This document shows positions 40,934 through 55,089 of a stretch of DNA of 64,000 nucleotides, in pieces (position 1 is the first letter of the stretch; each line of letters starts with the position of its first letter). The DNA is from Octopus vulgaris (Eukaryota). The stretch spans positions 85,622,001-85,686,000 of the forward strand of contig OX597819.1 in NCBI GenBank assembly GCA_951406725.2. Direction: 5' to 3'. The notes under the pieces are model-generated. The model had not been told where the DNA came from. It searched no databases and was given only the letters and a program-made list of their open reading frames with translations. The position numbers and the translations under genes were made by a program.

Positions 40934-41496
40934 TGAGAGAGAGAGAGAGAGCGATACACATATTTATACAATGTCTTACATATCACGTACGTTTCTTGTT
41001 AGAACTTAGTGACATGTGATGAACCTTGCAAAACATATTCGAATTAGCGCAGTAGAGCATGAGCATATACTTTGAAAGTAACACGAAATAGCAGTAGTTT
41101 ATATTAGTAAACTATTTGGACTTAACTACATTCTAATTTTTTATATAACAACAAATATACGTGTATACAGTTCTGTTCAATATAGATACAAATTTCGATT
41201 TTTTTCCTCCCTAAAATATCGATTGCAATGTATTTATTTGCTTCAATTGTAATTTAATCTCTTCTCATGAATTTTATGGAGTTCTTAGCCGACGAAATAG
41301 TTCGTCTCCTAAAATAGATTACTTATTTCTCGTTTCTTGGATACTGCTCTTCCTTTTACAAGAACACGCAATGGTAATACGGATTAGCGGTTAGGCGAGC
41401 TTTCAACTTCGAAAAGTATATACTCATATAATGAGTACATTTCCTCTAATTTCTGTTTTCTAATTATATACATATACATATACATACATACATACA

Positions 41497-41530
<34 letters not shown>

Positions 41531-41572
41531 CATATATACATACATACATACATGCATACATACATACATACA

Positions 41573-41651
<79 letters not shown>

Positions 41652-41658
41652 ATATGTG

Positions 41659-41689
<31 letters not shown>

Positions 41690-41923
41690 TGATTTTCCCA
41701 AAACTATATTATGTGATATATGCATACTTAAATATATCATTTACAAACGCACACTCATAGCCACCACTCATTCGTGCACTCGCGCGCACACACTCAGATA
41801 TATGCTATACTTGACATATCCTATGAGCATCTCATTAGAATTCAGTGACATGATAAACGTTGCAAAACAAATTCGAACTAATGCAATAAAACCAGATCAT
41901 ATTTTGACAAAAATAATATGTAT

Positions 41924-41981
<58 letters not shown>

Positions 41982-41989
41982 AATAGGAT

Positions 41990-42970
41990 GTTTCAAAGTT
42001 TTTGATATAATCTGATATGTAAATATCTGAGTATCTACATAGTATAAGCAACGGAAACGAACAGAACAAAATGCAAAGCAGATGTCCAAAGGTATGTTAA
42101 TTTCATGACAATTTCAAATAAGTTCAAAAGTTATAAATATGTACACTGTCACACGTTGCGAGTCGAGACAGTAGTCCAGCTCCTGTGAAACACGCTGTAC
42201 CATGTCTTGGGTAACAGTCTCCAATGAAGCAGCAATTTTCTGCTTCAGTTCTTCTAAACTTGTAAGAAAAGTGGGGACATAGACCAGTCCCTTTAGATAA
42301 GCCCAAAAGAGAAAACTTGCAAGACACCAGGTCAGATGAACATAGCAGACATTTCAACAGCACATTGTCTTCACCAGCAGCACGTCTGATCCGTCTTTCT
42401 GGAAGATTCTCATTGAGATAAGCCTGCACATTGAGCTTCCGGTGAGGTGAAGTCCCGTCCTGTTAGATAGTAAAGTGTCATGTTCATTTGCAATGAGCTT
42501 AAATTAATTAGCCAGTTCTGAAGTATTTGCGGCTAGACATTACCGGTCACATTTTCCTCAAAATGGGTCACGAAGTTGATTCTTGGATAGGGCGCAGAAC
42601 ACATTCACTTTTGGTGAGAGTTTCATGTGATCAACTGTAGCATGAAGATTTTCTTCACTTCAAATGTGAACATTATACTTGTTGATTGCCATTCATATAA
42701 AATGTGGCCTCATCACTGAAAACAAGATGTTCTTCAAGGTTGTTTCAAGTTTCTTTTGCATATTTAACAAAATTGCATGCACTTTTGCTTATCATCTGTC
42801 TTTGAGGCTCCTAAAAGCTACAGATTCTAGGGTATCATTCACAAGCGTTTCCTTATGACATGTCAAGCCAGGCTTTCCAGATATGCCCTTCTTACAGATT
42901 TCTTAGGACTTGACAAAAAATGTTTCACAAACTCTTTCGACCAGCTCTTCCGATACTTTTACAAATGCCG
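41990..42970 (-). mobile_element. Decayed Tc1/mariner-superfamily (DD37D/DD41D-like) transposase remnant
   Basis: Minus-strand VFSDEATF, QDGTSPH, YLNENLPERRI and SSDLVSCKFSLLG (a degenerate SPDLTPCDFFLWG). Boundaries approximate. Confidence 0.75.
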
Positions 42971-43426
42971 TTAAAATTTGTGGTCATTTGAACGAGAAAT
43001 GCTCACGTTATTACATTATAAAATGATATCAGCTTTCGTGAACCACCCAGTATCCGACGGTGTTCGAGCATATTCTATCACACTAAACATCTCTTTCAAA
43101 GTGAATGGTATTCCTATACCGAAAAAAAACAAAAAACACTGAAATAAAAACATGGAACAGAGTTTTGCATTGTTTCTACAGATACTCTTAAAATTTGAGA
43201 TCATTTGAACGAGAATAGCTTAAGGTATTAGATTATTAAATGATGTCAATTTTTTTTAACAACTCAATATATATATTATTAATGTCACATAGGGCTACTT
43301 CTAACACAAAATTTAATGTATATCAGATCTGAGTTGGAGGCAGCTCTATGTATACAGGGAGCTTCAGTAAATTTGATATTTTTCAATTTAATAACTTGAG
43401 AAATTCTAGTTCAAATATATATGTAT

Positions 43427-43535
<109 letters not shown>

Positions 43536-43563
43536 CGCGTATGTATGTGTGAGCGTGTGTATG

Positions 43564-43597
<34 letters not shown>

Positions 43598-43647
43598 AAT
43601 ATATATATACATATATGCATATACATGCGTGTATGTGTATATATATA

Positions 43648-43726
<79 letters not shown>

Positions 43727-44069
43727 TTCTGTATTTGCTTTGGAAGCTTATTGATGTGAAATCTTGGTGTTGAAACATATGTTGTATCTTGGGAAGGCAA
43801 GTTTAACAATAAATAAGAAATGCGGCTTTTATATTTATCTTTGTATTTTTTTTTGTTGCTATTCTGAACACAGACCTGAACTAACGAAAACACGACGTTG
43901 ACAAGATCGCATATGGCGCAAATAAGACTCTACCAAGTCAATTGAATGATGGAATTGATTAAAGGATTAAATAAGCAATCCATATGTTGAACAGTTGATG
44001 AACTATTTCAATAGTAATAGTAATAATAATAATAATAATAATGAGTTCAAAATTTTGCCGGCTGTGGGG

Positions 44070-44255
44070 TGCGGATTAAGTCGATTACATCGACCCCAGT
44101 GCGTAACTGTTACTTATTTAATCGACCGTGAACGGATGAAAGGCAAGGTGGACCTCGGCGGAATTTGAACTCAGAATATAAAAATGGGATGAGATGGTGC
44201 TATGCATTTTCCCGGCATGTTAACGATTGTGCCAGCTCACTTTATTAAAAAAAAA

Positions 44256-44296
<41 letters not shown>

Positions 44297-44635
44297 GCAT
44301 AAAGCATAATAGTAATGACTAGCTAGACCCGTAAAAACTTTACGGAAAATATAAAAACTGTAAGCATTTGCAAATTGTGTGCTCGTGCCATGAGAAATAT
44401 TTCTATATTGTGACAGATGAAGGTAGTGAGCTGGCAGAATCGTTAGCACACCGGGCAAAATGCTTAGCGATATTTCGTGTGTGTTTCCGTTCTGAGTTCA
44501 AATTCCATCGAGGTCGACTTTGCTTTTCATCCTTTCGGTGTCGATAAATTAAGTACTAGTTGCGTACCAAGGTCGATTAATTCGACTGGCCCCCTCACTC
44601 CCAAAATTTAAGAACTTGTGCCTATAGTAGAAAAG
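44070..44635. mobile_element. Two Deu/Nin-like SINEs in opposite orientation (44070-44240 minus, 44420-44635 plus)
   Basis: Same SINE consensus as 6117-6690. Confidence 0.8.
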
Positions 44636-45544
44636 TATATTGCCAGAGTTACAGAATATAGAAAGAAGTGTAAAACCGATAACTATATAATCCATCCAAA
44701 ATATCTCAGTTACGCAAAGGTAAACAGAATTAATACTTAGCCTTAAAATACATCGTACATACTCAGAGAACCCATATGATTCAGTGGCACGGAATGTTTT
44801 CTCGCATTTTTTATTGTTTTACTTGATGCTTATTCTATCATACCCTTCTGCTGAACAGCTAAGTTGCAGGGATGCGAACACACCAATATCAGTTGTTAAG
44901 CAATGCTGGTGGGTGACACAAACACACACACACATAAATATATATATACATATATACATACATATATACACGTATATAAATAATATAAATAATATATATA
45001 TATATATATATATATATGCATATATACATACACATATATACATACCTACATATATGTACACACCTACATATATATGTATCTATACATGCATATATATGTA
45101 TATATACATGCATATATGTGTACATGACATAAAAAACGTGAACAAAAGGAAAAACAGGAACATAAAAAAACAAAAACATGGAAAATGAAATTTTTTTCCG
45201 ACAATGAAAGAAACAAATAGAGAAACGAGGTAGGCAATGTAAAGAACAATACCTTCATCAGTTGTCCCATGTTTTATCTACTACGTGTTACGAAGGCAGG
45301 GACAAGAAACGACTTCGTAAAAACAGTCCTTCCCGCAAAGCAAACTAAATATAATTTGGGATTTTTGTGGAGTCCTTTTTTTATATTCTGGTTTTTCATT
45401 TTGTTCACGTTTTTTGAAGTCCTGCACCCATAGATACATGCATATATACATATATATGTAGGTATGTACATATATATATGTGCATATATATATATCATTT
45501 ATATTATTATATGATCGAACACCACGCATTCATTCCCACTCTTT

Positions 45545-45958
45545 TACTCTTTTACTCTCTTTTACTTGTTTCAGTCATTTGACTGCGGCTATGCTGGAGC
45601 ACTACCTTTAGTCGAGCAAATCGACCCCGGGACTTATTCTTTGTAATCCCAGTACTTATTATATCGGTCTCTTTTGCCGAACTGCTAAGTGACGGGGACG
45701 TAAACACACCAGCATCGGTTGTCAAGCAATGCTAGGGGGACAAACACACACACACAAACACACACACATACACACACACATATATATACATATATTCGAC
45801 AGGCTCCTTTCAGTTTCTGTCTATCAAATCCCCTCACAAGGCATTGGTCGGCCCGGGGCTATAGCAGAAGACACTTGCCCAAGATGCCACGCAGTGGGAC
45901 TGAACCCGAAACCATGTGGTTGGTTAGCAAGCTACTTACCACACAGCCACTCCTCCGC
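45545..45958 (-). mobile_element. Full-length long tRNA-derived SINE (second family)
   Basis: Minus strand reads GGCGGAGGAGTGGCTGTGTGGTAAG...GGGTTCAGTCCCACTGCG ... GACTGAAACAAGTAAAAGAG tail repeats. Confidence 0.88.
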
Positions 45959-45960
45959 CC

Positions 45961-45991
<31 letters not shown>

Positions 45992-46172
45992 AGAGCATAG
46001 AATGCATATTCTGCATTGATTGCGAAATCACAGGTGATATGTAACTAAATTCTGTTTTTAAATGACTTCCTTTGAAGTTTTGCATTCGGTACAATTTGTT
46101 TATTTTAGTACGTTTGACTGCAAGAGTCCCTCCTAGCGTGCGGTACCTATGAATAATAGTACCCTCTATATA

Positions 46173-46234
<62 letters not shown>

Positions 46235-46847
46235 CGAGCTTGGCGGTGGTGGTGATGCTGGCTGGTGCGATTCTGTGATTTACTGGTATACCGAGAGAGA
46301 TCCAGCTCTGTTTCTCATATTTTCTACGTACAGCTGCCTTAGCTCTTGACTCATGTAATCTCGATTCTGTTGAGCTCTATCTTTCATATTTTGAAAATAC
46401 ACTTCTCTTTGGACCTGGTTCATTTGTTCTATCGTTTGCTGATTTCCCCCCTCCTATGCCGTAGGATGCGCTTCTCCTTCTCTTGGCTTATTTCGTTTCT
46501 CCGTCTCATCCTCAAGCGGTTTTGATTCCTTGTTTCCTACTTCTGTTTTTCGCATAACCGTCTCTCATGCGATTATCCATATTTTAAAACTTGTTATTAA
46601 AACAATAAATCTCCCAAATGATTCAGAGTATTTCAATTGAAAAACATATACGAATCCACAGCTTTTGTTTAAAAGGTGAAAATATTTCTGAAATACTCAC
46701 CTAATATGCAAAGACACAGTATATAGAATATGGTATTTAATTATATTGTAGGAAAGTAAAAAGTAAAGGGCAAAAATAGACGATACTTACGAGTGTTCTT
46801 GGCATTTAAGGTTACTTTTCTAACAGTCTAATCTGTTGTGTAAATAA

Positions 46848-46849
46848 TC

Positions 46850-46914
<65 letters not shown>

Positions 46915-47085
46915 CCCTTCAACTATAGACACAAGGTCTGGAATTTGTGGGGAGTGGGGTAGTCAACTACTTCGAGCCCAGTACTTGACAGGTTCTTAAT
47001 TTATCGACTCCGAAAGGATGAAAGGTAAAGTCGACTTCAGCGGAATTTGAACTCAGAACGTATCGTCCAGCATGCTAGCGATTCT
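46848..47085 (-). mobile_element. Deu/Nin-like SINE with (TAA)n tail
   Basis: TTATCGACTCCGAAAGGATGAAAGGTAAAGTCGAC adjacent to an (AAT)n tract. Confidence 0.75.
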
Positions 47086-47150
47086 AAATGAACCAGTATA
47101 TGTGTTACATGTTACGTAATGAAATTCCTTGAACACTAAAATTTATAGAT

Positions 47151-47228
<78 letters not shown>

Positions 47229-47716
47229 TATATATACATGTGAATGTTTGTATATGTGTGTGTGTGTGAGTGTATGTATGTATATGTTGTTCATGTCATA
47301 TGAATGTTATAAACTTACCAGAGTAAATGGACTAATTAATCTTTTGTGATTAAAGGTTTATATAAGAACAACGACACACAATTCTCGTTGATAAGAAAGA
47401 ATCTAGAGAGAGAAATCTTATGATTACTTTGGTACAATGGGAAGACACCTGCCACGTCTGCAGGAGAGATGGGTTAGTGTCTCAGTAATGTATTCTTACG
47501 AAATGTAATCTTCTTCGATCCAGCTCTCGCACAAAATTGTCCACTCACAACGGAGTAATCGGGCGCAACAGATTATGTATTTTATTACAATCTATATTTT
47601 GAACACAACTTAATATTATCACTCAAACCTCACACATGACAACAAAATTAACAATAACAGACAAGACGACGTGCACATGCAATGTATTAGTTTGACGCTC
47701 AATAAACAGAGAGAGC

Positions 47717-47751
47717 TTTTGACGTTTCGAGCATAGCTCTTCGTCGGAAAG
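47717..47751 (-). ncRNA. Minimal hammerhead-like motif with CCGACGA core
   Basis: UUU-CCGACGA-A-GAGC-UAU-GCUC-GAAAC-GUC-AAA, with a GUC triplet. Confidence 0.6.
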
Positions 47752-47887
47752 TAGAAAGGGGAAAGTCCAAAGAAGAAAATGTAATCGCTAACAGCACGTG
47801 TTTAGTTACACACATACACGCATGTATGTATATATATGTGTGCATATGTATGTGTATATACATATATGTAACTATTTCCCCACTACA

Positions 47888-48386
47888 AAGTGGCAGTCTT
47901 AAGTAGGACGATGTTACTGCTTTTTAGCCTCAGGAAAACATCTTTTGCAGCTGCCAACCGACACATGATCTGTGTCCATATACTGTAAACAAAGGAGCTT
48001 AATGCTCCCTTACGAGCTGTAGCGATACATGTAGACCAATGGTTTATAGGTAATTTCGCTTCGTCGGTACAAGACAACCACCGGCTAGAGATAGCAGCCA
48101 CTCGCTCTTGCCTACAGTATATAGTTTGAAGTGGCACACAGTCGCTGATCTCGTAAAGAGAGAACTAACAAGTTTTAAATCTCTGAGTGAGAAATATGTA
48201 ATAAAAGTACTGTAAAGTAAAGTCTGTTTGCCAACGCAAAGTAGTAGTCCTACGTAGGACGATGTTACTACATTTTAACTCCAGGAAAACATCTTTTCCA
48301 GCTGGCTACCGACACATGATCTGTGTCTGTATACGGTTAAAAGAGGAGTCTACTGCTCTCTTTCTAACTGTAGCGTATCTGTAGAT
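47888..48386. repeat. Two diverged ~150-bp direct repeats (47888-48036, 48239-48386)
   Basis: GTAGGACGATGTTACT...CAGGAAAACATCTTTT.CAGCTG...CCGACACATGATCTGTGTC occurs in both. Confidence 0.8.
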
Positions 48387-48402
48387 AGGTTTTATATACA
48401 TA

Positions 48403-48867
48403 CTAGCTATTTTGATCCGTGCTTCGCTCGGGTTTTGGTGGTGGTGTTGTTTTGTGCGTGTTGTTTCCTTTTCCCTTTCTTCTTTTGTTCGTCTTCTTTG
48501 CCTGTTTTTTTTATTGCCCTCTTCTTTACCCCGCTTTCCGAAATACCCCAAATTTTTACGCTCACAATTAAAGATAACCGCCTCTAGCCCCTGCAGCAAC
48601 ACGAAAAGCCACCATTTTTCAAACAGCACAACCTGTCAATCCCATAAAACTCAATTTTTCCCATATTCCTCACCATGGCAACCAAACGGTAGCCCCGAGC
48701 TACTTGTAACCCTCCTCACACCATTGCTCACTCCATTTTACCCCCAGTGTAAATTTTGGCGTCAATCCGACCACACCTACCGACCCTTAAACCATTCCTA
48801 TCCCAAAATGGGACAAATAACCAAGAAATAAAACAAGTTTTTCGCATTTCAGCTTTATAGATATTGA
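48403..48867 (-). mobile_element. Short non-autonomous Helitron
   Basis: Minus-strand 3' CCCGAGCGAAGCACGG hairpin then CTAG|T; 5' A|TCAATATCTATAAAGCTG. Confidence 0.7.
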
Positions 48868-48911
48868 TGTATACATGTACATAAATATCTATATATATTT
48901 GTAAATATATG

Positions 48912-48977
<66 letters not shown>

Positions 48978-50093
48978 CGTGAATATATATATATATATAT
49001 ATATACCTACACACACACATATATTTACATATATGTAAATATATATATATGGATATATGTATGCGTGTATGTATGTATATATATATCTATATATCTATAA
49101 AATTCGATTAATTCGATAGATTTTAGTTAATAATGTCAGACCAAGTCTAGCTAAATATCACCAACATGTGGTGAGATTAAGTTGAGTTTTAGGACACCAT
49201 AGTTTACTCCTTTAGGAGTTCTTGTTTGCTGAGATATATCGAATTATCTGGAAACGTTTAAATGTTATCGGGTATATTTATTCTTTGATTTCTTTCGAAA
49301 TAATGTTCAATAATGCAGGACCAATTGGAGTAAATGAAATTATGTCGGTCTGTTTTAATATGACATAGGCTATTGGAGAGCCTGTGATTCGAGTACCCAG
49401 CTGTGGAGGGTTCGTAAACCTGATGCCAAATTTCCTTTCGATAATATACACGAAATATTTGCTAAATTTTCCAAATGATGTAGCACTCAAGGCAGCGTTG
49501 GAGAGAATAAAGTTGGAGCTTTATCAAGCAATCTCAGTAAATTGTTTGCTATACCATTTGTATTTCTTGTTATCTATTTCGGAGGAGCTTCAATTATCAT
49601 AAGGATTTATCTTGTATTGTAAGACTATAATGGACGCCAATAATATGGTATATGTTACCTGGCAAATGTAGAGAAGAAAATGGCCTCATAATCTCTAAAC
49701 TGGAAAGTTTTAAAGGTTCGTAGGCACATTCTGCGGGTCATATGGACTTTATTGTTGAAGTGTTCTCTCCATGTTAGGTTGTCATAAAACTTAAGACTCT
49801 GAAAGAAGGAATAGGACTATTTAAGTGTACTCTCTTCTCCAGTGTGAATGAGCTCGGATTTCGTCGTTCAGAAACGTGTTTTACTTGTCTAACCACCGAA
49901 TTACAATATATAAATCGGATTGGACTTCTGTTCTTCATACACATACTGAGTTTTGCTTGGCATGTCGTGGTAGCATGTAGAATATAGTGATACAGAATGG
50001 AAGACATTTCCAGGTGATGACATTAGGTAGCCTAAGAGGTGTAATTACTTTAATCGGCATACTACTAGACATACACCCACAGTCCAATAATTA

Positions 50094-50149
<56 letters not shown>

Positions 50150-50160
<11 letters not shown>

Positions 50161-50400
50161 AATATAAATCGCAGTATGTGTGTGTATAATGACTAACGCA
50201 TACATTTCCACAATTCTCAACCGATTTTCACCAAACTTTACGCACGCATTACTTATGTCCCCAGGATAGTCATGCACTATAACGTTTTGCCGAGAGTTCT
50301 CACGAAATTGGTTGTAAATGGACATAGTTTTTTGTAGGTAGGGTTTTCCATGCTTTTTTATCTTTTCGTAAAAGTGAAAGGAATTTGTCTATTTATTTCT
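50150..50400 (+). mobile_element. Helitron-like 5' region
   Basis: CAACCGATTTTCACCAAACTTT...ATTACTTATGTCCCCAGGATAGTCATG is homologous to the 5' end of the 15263-18159 Helitron. The 3' end was not found. Confidence 0.5.
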
Positions 50401-51279
50401 ACTGTCCACATCAGACGGTGATTCAATTGACTAGAACACTGTACGTGATGAATATCTAATACCAAACTATCTTAATCTACATATTTAAACCGCATTAAAC
50501 TTTGGCAAGCTTACCTTTACCTTTTCTGAGTTACGTGAAAGGTGATGTTCTCTCCCCTCTCTTATATTTGTTGATAACTTTCTTTACCTTTGATACCGTT
50601 GTTTCACTTCAAGGATTCTTATTTACCCATCCATTATGATATTTTGCCTGTTGTCCATTGTTTGAAATAAGTTTAGCATTGTAGTTCTAGCCCTTTTTAA
50701 ACAATCATATATGATTCGTCCAAAAGAATCAACCTTTAAATAAGAGTTTTGTTTCCACTAGCGAAAGCGATACGCATCTTTCAGAAAGCTCCATACTAAT
50801 TTAACTGTCTGCAGCATTCGCTGTTAGTTTATGCGCAAGCTATGTGGGAACTAATAAAGGGGCTTTTGTTAGTTTATCTTTCTGAAAAAATAGTTCCCAT
50901 TGCTGTTGAATAGAATAAACACGCAGAGGGGAAGTTTCAATATCTTACTTCAATTTTTTAATACCATTTATGTAGCTGTTTCTGATGAGAAATTTCGCTT
51001 TTATCAAAAACAACTATATTTTGTAGTCATTATCCGTAATCTATTCCCAACACACTTCATTACCTCTACTTTGCATCGCTTGCAAACTTATATGTACTAT
51101 GATTATTAAAGTGTAACGACATCCCCAATAACCAGCGTTCATTTTCATTTTCCTTTCCGAGGTTAATCGGAAACATAGATTGCCAAGCTACTCATAAACC
51201 TTCAAGGTGCTTCAATTATTTGGTGAAAAAATATCACCAAAGCAACTTAAACCGTCCAAAGAACGGGTGCGCTTGCTAG

Positions 51280-51313
<34 letters not shown>

Positions 51314-51407
51314 TGTATGTATGTATGTATGTATGTATGTATGTACGTACGTATGTACGTACGTATGTATGTATGTATGTATGTATATATATATATGTAT
51401 GTATGTA

Positions 51408-51454
<47 letters not shown>

Positions 51455-51716
51455 ATAATAATAATAATAATAATGATAATAATAATAATAGTAATTATTT
51501 TTATTAGTTAATAAATTGTATCTTATTCACCTGGTAGTTTGCCAGTAAAGGACGTGTACTGGCTCACTGGGTTAGTGTTCGTCGGATATTTGCTTAATGG
51601 GAGATTATATATACATAGATAAACACATCCAAGGGATCAATGTTAAATGGGTAGAAAAAGTTGTAGTGATCAATAAAGATTTTCGTTATCTTCTATCTTC
51701 CGTCACTCTCATTAAT

Positions 51717-51886
51717 CATATATATATGTGTGTATGTGTGTGTGTGTATACATATATATATGTGTGTATGTGTGTGTGTGTATACATATATATATGTGTG
51801 TATGTGTGTGTGTGTATACATATATATATGTGTGTATGTGTGTGTGTGTATACATATATATATGTGTGTATGTGTGTGTGTGTATA
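51717..51886. repeat. Five perfect copies of a 34-bp unit built from TA/TG microsatellites
   Basis: (CATATATATATGTGTGTATGTGTGTGTGTGTATA)5. Confidence 0.9.
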
Positions 51887-52246
51887 CATAGGTATACACA
51901 GACATCACATACACACACATATATATATATATTTATATTTATATATATTTTATATATATTTATATATATATGTGTACCTTCTAGGCCGATGTAAGGACCA
52001 CGTTGGACACAAAGAGGTACAACTTTGTGCTCGGCGGCTGATCAATTTCTGGATCAATCGATATATAATCTTTCAAGTAACTCAGAATAGATAGAGGTAA
52101 TATATATGTATATTAATCTACACTGTTTTAATCAATATATATATATATATATATATACAACTAATGTAGGATAAAATTTTCTTCGAAAAAAATTTTTATC
52201 AATGGCCAGCATATCAAAAAAATACCTTTAAAGGTTAAATTTATGA

Positions 52247-52416
52247 ATAACTTATAAAATAAGGGCAAAAGAAAAATTCTAATGCCAAATATGCCCCAAA
52301 AAAGACAAAATTGCCAATAACCATTGAGACACATAAATTAAAATGGTTATTGACAAATTTGTCTTTTTTTCGGCATATTTGGCATTAGAATTTTTCTGTT
52401 TCCCTTATTTTATAAG

Positions 52417-52420
<4 letters not shown>
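52247..52420. repeat. Imperfect inverted repeat (~78-bp arms) in a (TA)n-flanked element (~52158-52420)
   Basis: ATAACTTATAAAATAAGGG...AATAACCATT / AATGGTTATT...CCCTTATTTTATAAGTTAT. The unpaired part matches 31070-31167 reversed. Confidence 0.85.
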
Positions 52421-52473
<53 letters not shown>

Positions 52474-52502
52474 CACAACATGCACACACACACACAAACA
52501 CT

Positions 52503-52599
<97 letters not shown>

Positions 52600-55089
52600 A
52601 TATATATATGTGTGTGTGTGTATCTGTCGTCTGCAAATCGACCTGAGAACATCTAGAAATTGACTTCGAGAATCATAGACTGAAAAATCTGTTGCAGGCG
52701 CTACAGTAACGAAAAGATCCAAGAGACAGCTGGGATTCTACAGATATAGGAACTTAACATTGTGCTTGAAAACATTTGCAATATCTTAGGTTAACTACAA
52801 AATACTGGTTCTGATGGAACCATTGAAGAATGTGCTTTCTAATATAGCGTAGAATATTTTGGAAAATCACACATTTATTATGTGCAATTTATATTAACTA
52901 CCCCAAAATATGCAATATTTAAAAGTTTAATGAGGGCAAAATTGGTCCTATATATGTGGTTCTGTAAATGTTTCTAATGTTGGGGGTCTGTAATATCAAC
53001 GAAACCATCAGTTCAGGAAAAGTTGACTTCTTTATTTTCATTGCAAAACTTCCGCTAAGATGGAGAAAATGTGCAAAGATTTTCGACTCTTATGGTGTAT
53101 TAAGAATAGCATTTTATGCATTGGAATTTTCTTGTTAATGTGCACTTATAAATGAAGGAATGTAAGGTTTGTTATAAAATATGGAGAGAGCAAAAGTTCA
53201 ACCGCCAAAAGAAGAATATTGGCTACCCTTTGTCTTCCTACGACACTTGACCGAAGCCATAACATTATGCGCGTATGTTTGTGTGTGTGTATGCGTGTGT
53301 GTGTGTGCCTGCGTGCGCGTACGTGTGTAGTAACAGGAGGAACTATGTTGAACTCTTGCACACACACAAACACACAGACACACACGCACGCACAAAACAC
53401 ACACACACGTACATAAATATATGCCGTCATGACTCTGGGGTTAAAACGATCGTTTGCAACGGCTCACTTTCGGATTTAGTCCCACTGTGCAGCAGCTTGT
53501 GATAATTTCTACTACTATAACCCTGGGCTGACTTATAACCTGTGATTGAATTTTGTCTGGGTCATCTCTCTAGTGTTTTATTATACATGTGTAGTTATAA
53601 AAACCTGCTAGTGCATCGTGTATTATAGTTTTATAATATCCAATTCCGAACTGAACTAAATCGATGATAGTGGAACAAGTACACAACAAATTGATATGTC
53701 GCAACGATGTACCATTTTATGTCCAACATCGTCCATACGTCGTCGTAGAAGGTACATCTTCCAGGCTTCTGATGTACGAAAAAAGAAGGAGAAAGTCTCG
53801 TGTCGGGGCACTTCACGATTGACTGATCATCAGAAAATTCAAATATATAGGTAGATAGATATACAATTGTGGGTATTATGTATTATTTAGACACATAATA
53901 TTTATTATATATTTCACTAACACACCCACACATACACTCTTAAACACACATATGTGTATATGTGTATATGTGTATATGTGTATATGTGTGTGTATATATA
54001 TTTCTGTTTCTGTTAAAGTACAGAAAGTTTGTTGAGAGAAATAATTCATATAGGCCAATTGTATGAATTTAAATATTTCATGGGATCCTTTAATTAGTTT
54101 TGTGGAACACTTTTCATGGTGATGTTAGAAGAAGTAAACATTGTCAGAGTTATATTGACAACTTGACTGCAGATACTGATCCGGAATGTATTCAGGACAT
54201 AGAAGCTGTGATAATGGACCCAGGAGTGTGATGGATGCGCTTCGTTGCTGCGGCCCGGTTTGGAACCCGGCCATATTAATAAATCATTCTTTAATGAAAG
54301 ACGCGGGGCAAGTAATTCGTTATAAATTGAATTCTATTTTTAAGTTAGAAAGTGAGAAACAGAGAATGAAAACGAATATTGTTTAAGTTTCTTAAAGAAA
54401 ACATGGGTATAATTACAGAATATTATGCACGAATTTAGCAGAAAAATGAAGTATCCAGCTTACACTGGTCACAATTAATTGTAACTCTTTGTCTGCTTCT
54501 AAAGTTCTCCGTCTGTTGATCTGGAAAAGCATGATAGTACAATGCGACACTCACGAATCCTAATATAACTAAAACAGATCCATACCTTTCACCTTGCCAC
54601 CTAACTAAAATATTCATTCATTGACATGAATGTTGAATTATTTCTAAAATTATTTCATAATTTCTTTACAGTGTCTTTTCCTGTATTGTGCGAGTCACTA
54701 ACAATTACATGTAGTTTCTTTGATTAGGAGGCCCATTTAGTAATTAGTGACAACGTTTGGTGCCTTAAGTTAAGGCTGACACGGTTGACTGAACATGTCC
54801 AAACAATCAATGCGTTGAATGTTTTCTGTCAAGTGTTTGTAGAGAATGAACACATGATTAAGTTTATAACCTTTTGTATGTTTCCCGCTACGTCCGTGCG
54901 TTAGTGTCGCGTGACAGTAAATTTTACGCCTAAAAGGAAGGTTGAGTAAAGATGCTTAGTTATGATCGAGGCAATCCAATTTTTATCTGTCTGGTGGGAG
55001 AGTGGACAGAAGCCGTTTGTTTGCAGTCCAGTGCCTAATTTAGGTTGTTAGCAGTGTAGCATCCTCATCATAAGTGACAGAATGAATTT

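Noticed and set aside
43750-43790. GAAAC-ATAT-GTT after TTGATGT near a (TA)n tract
   Set aside because: The core and stems are too degenerate to support a ribozyme call.
45250-45320. CTGATGA (minus) and GAAACGACTTCGTA (plus) close together
   Set aside because: The two half-motifs are on opposite strands and cannot form one hammerhead.
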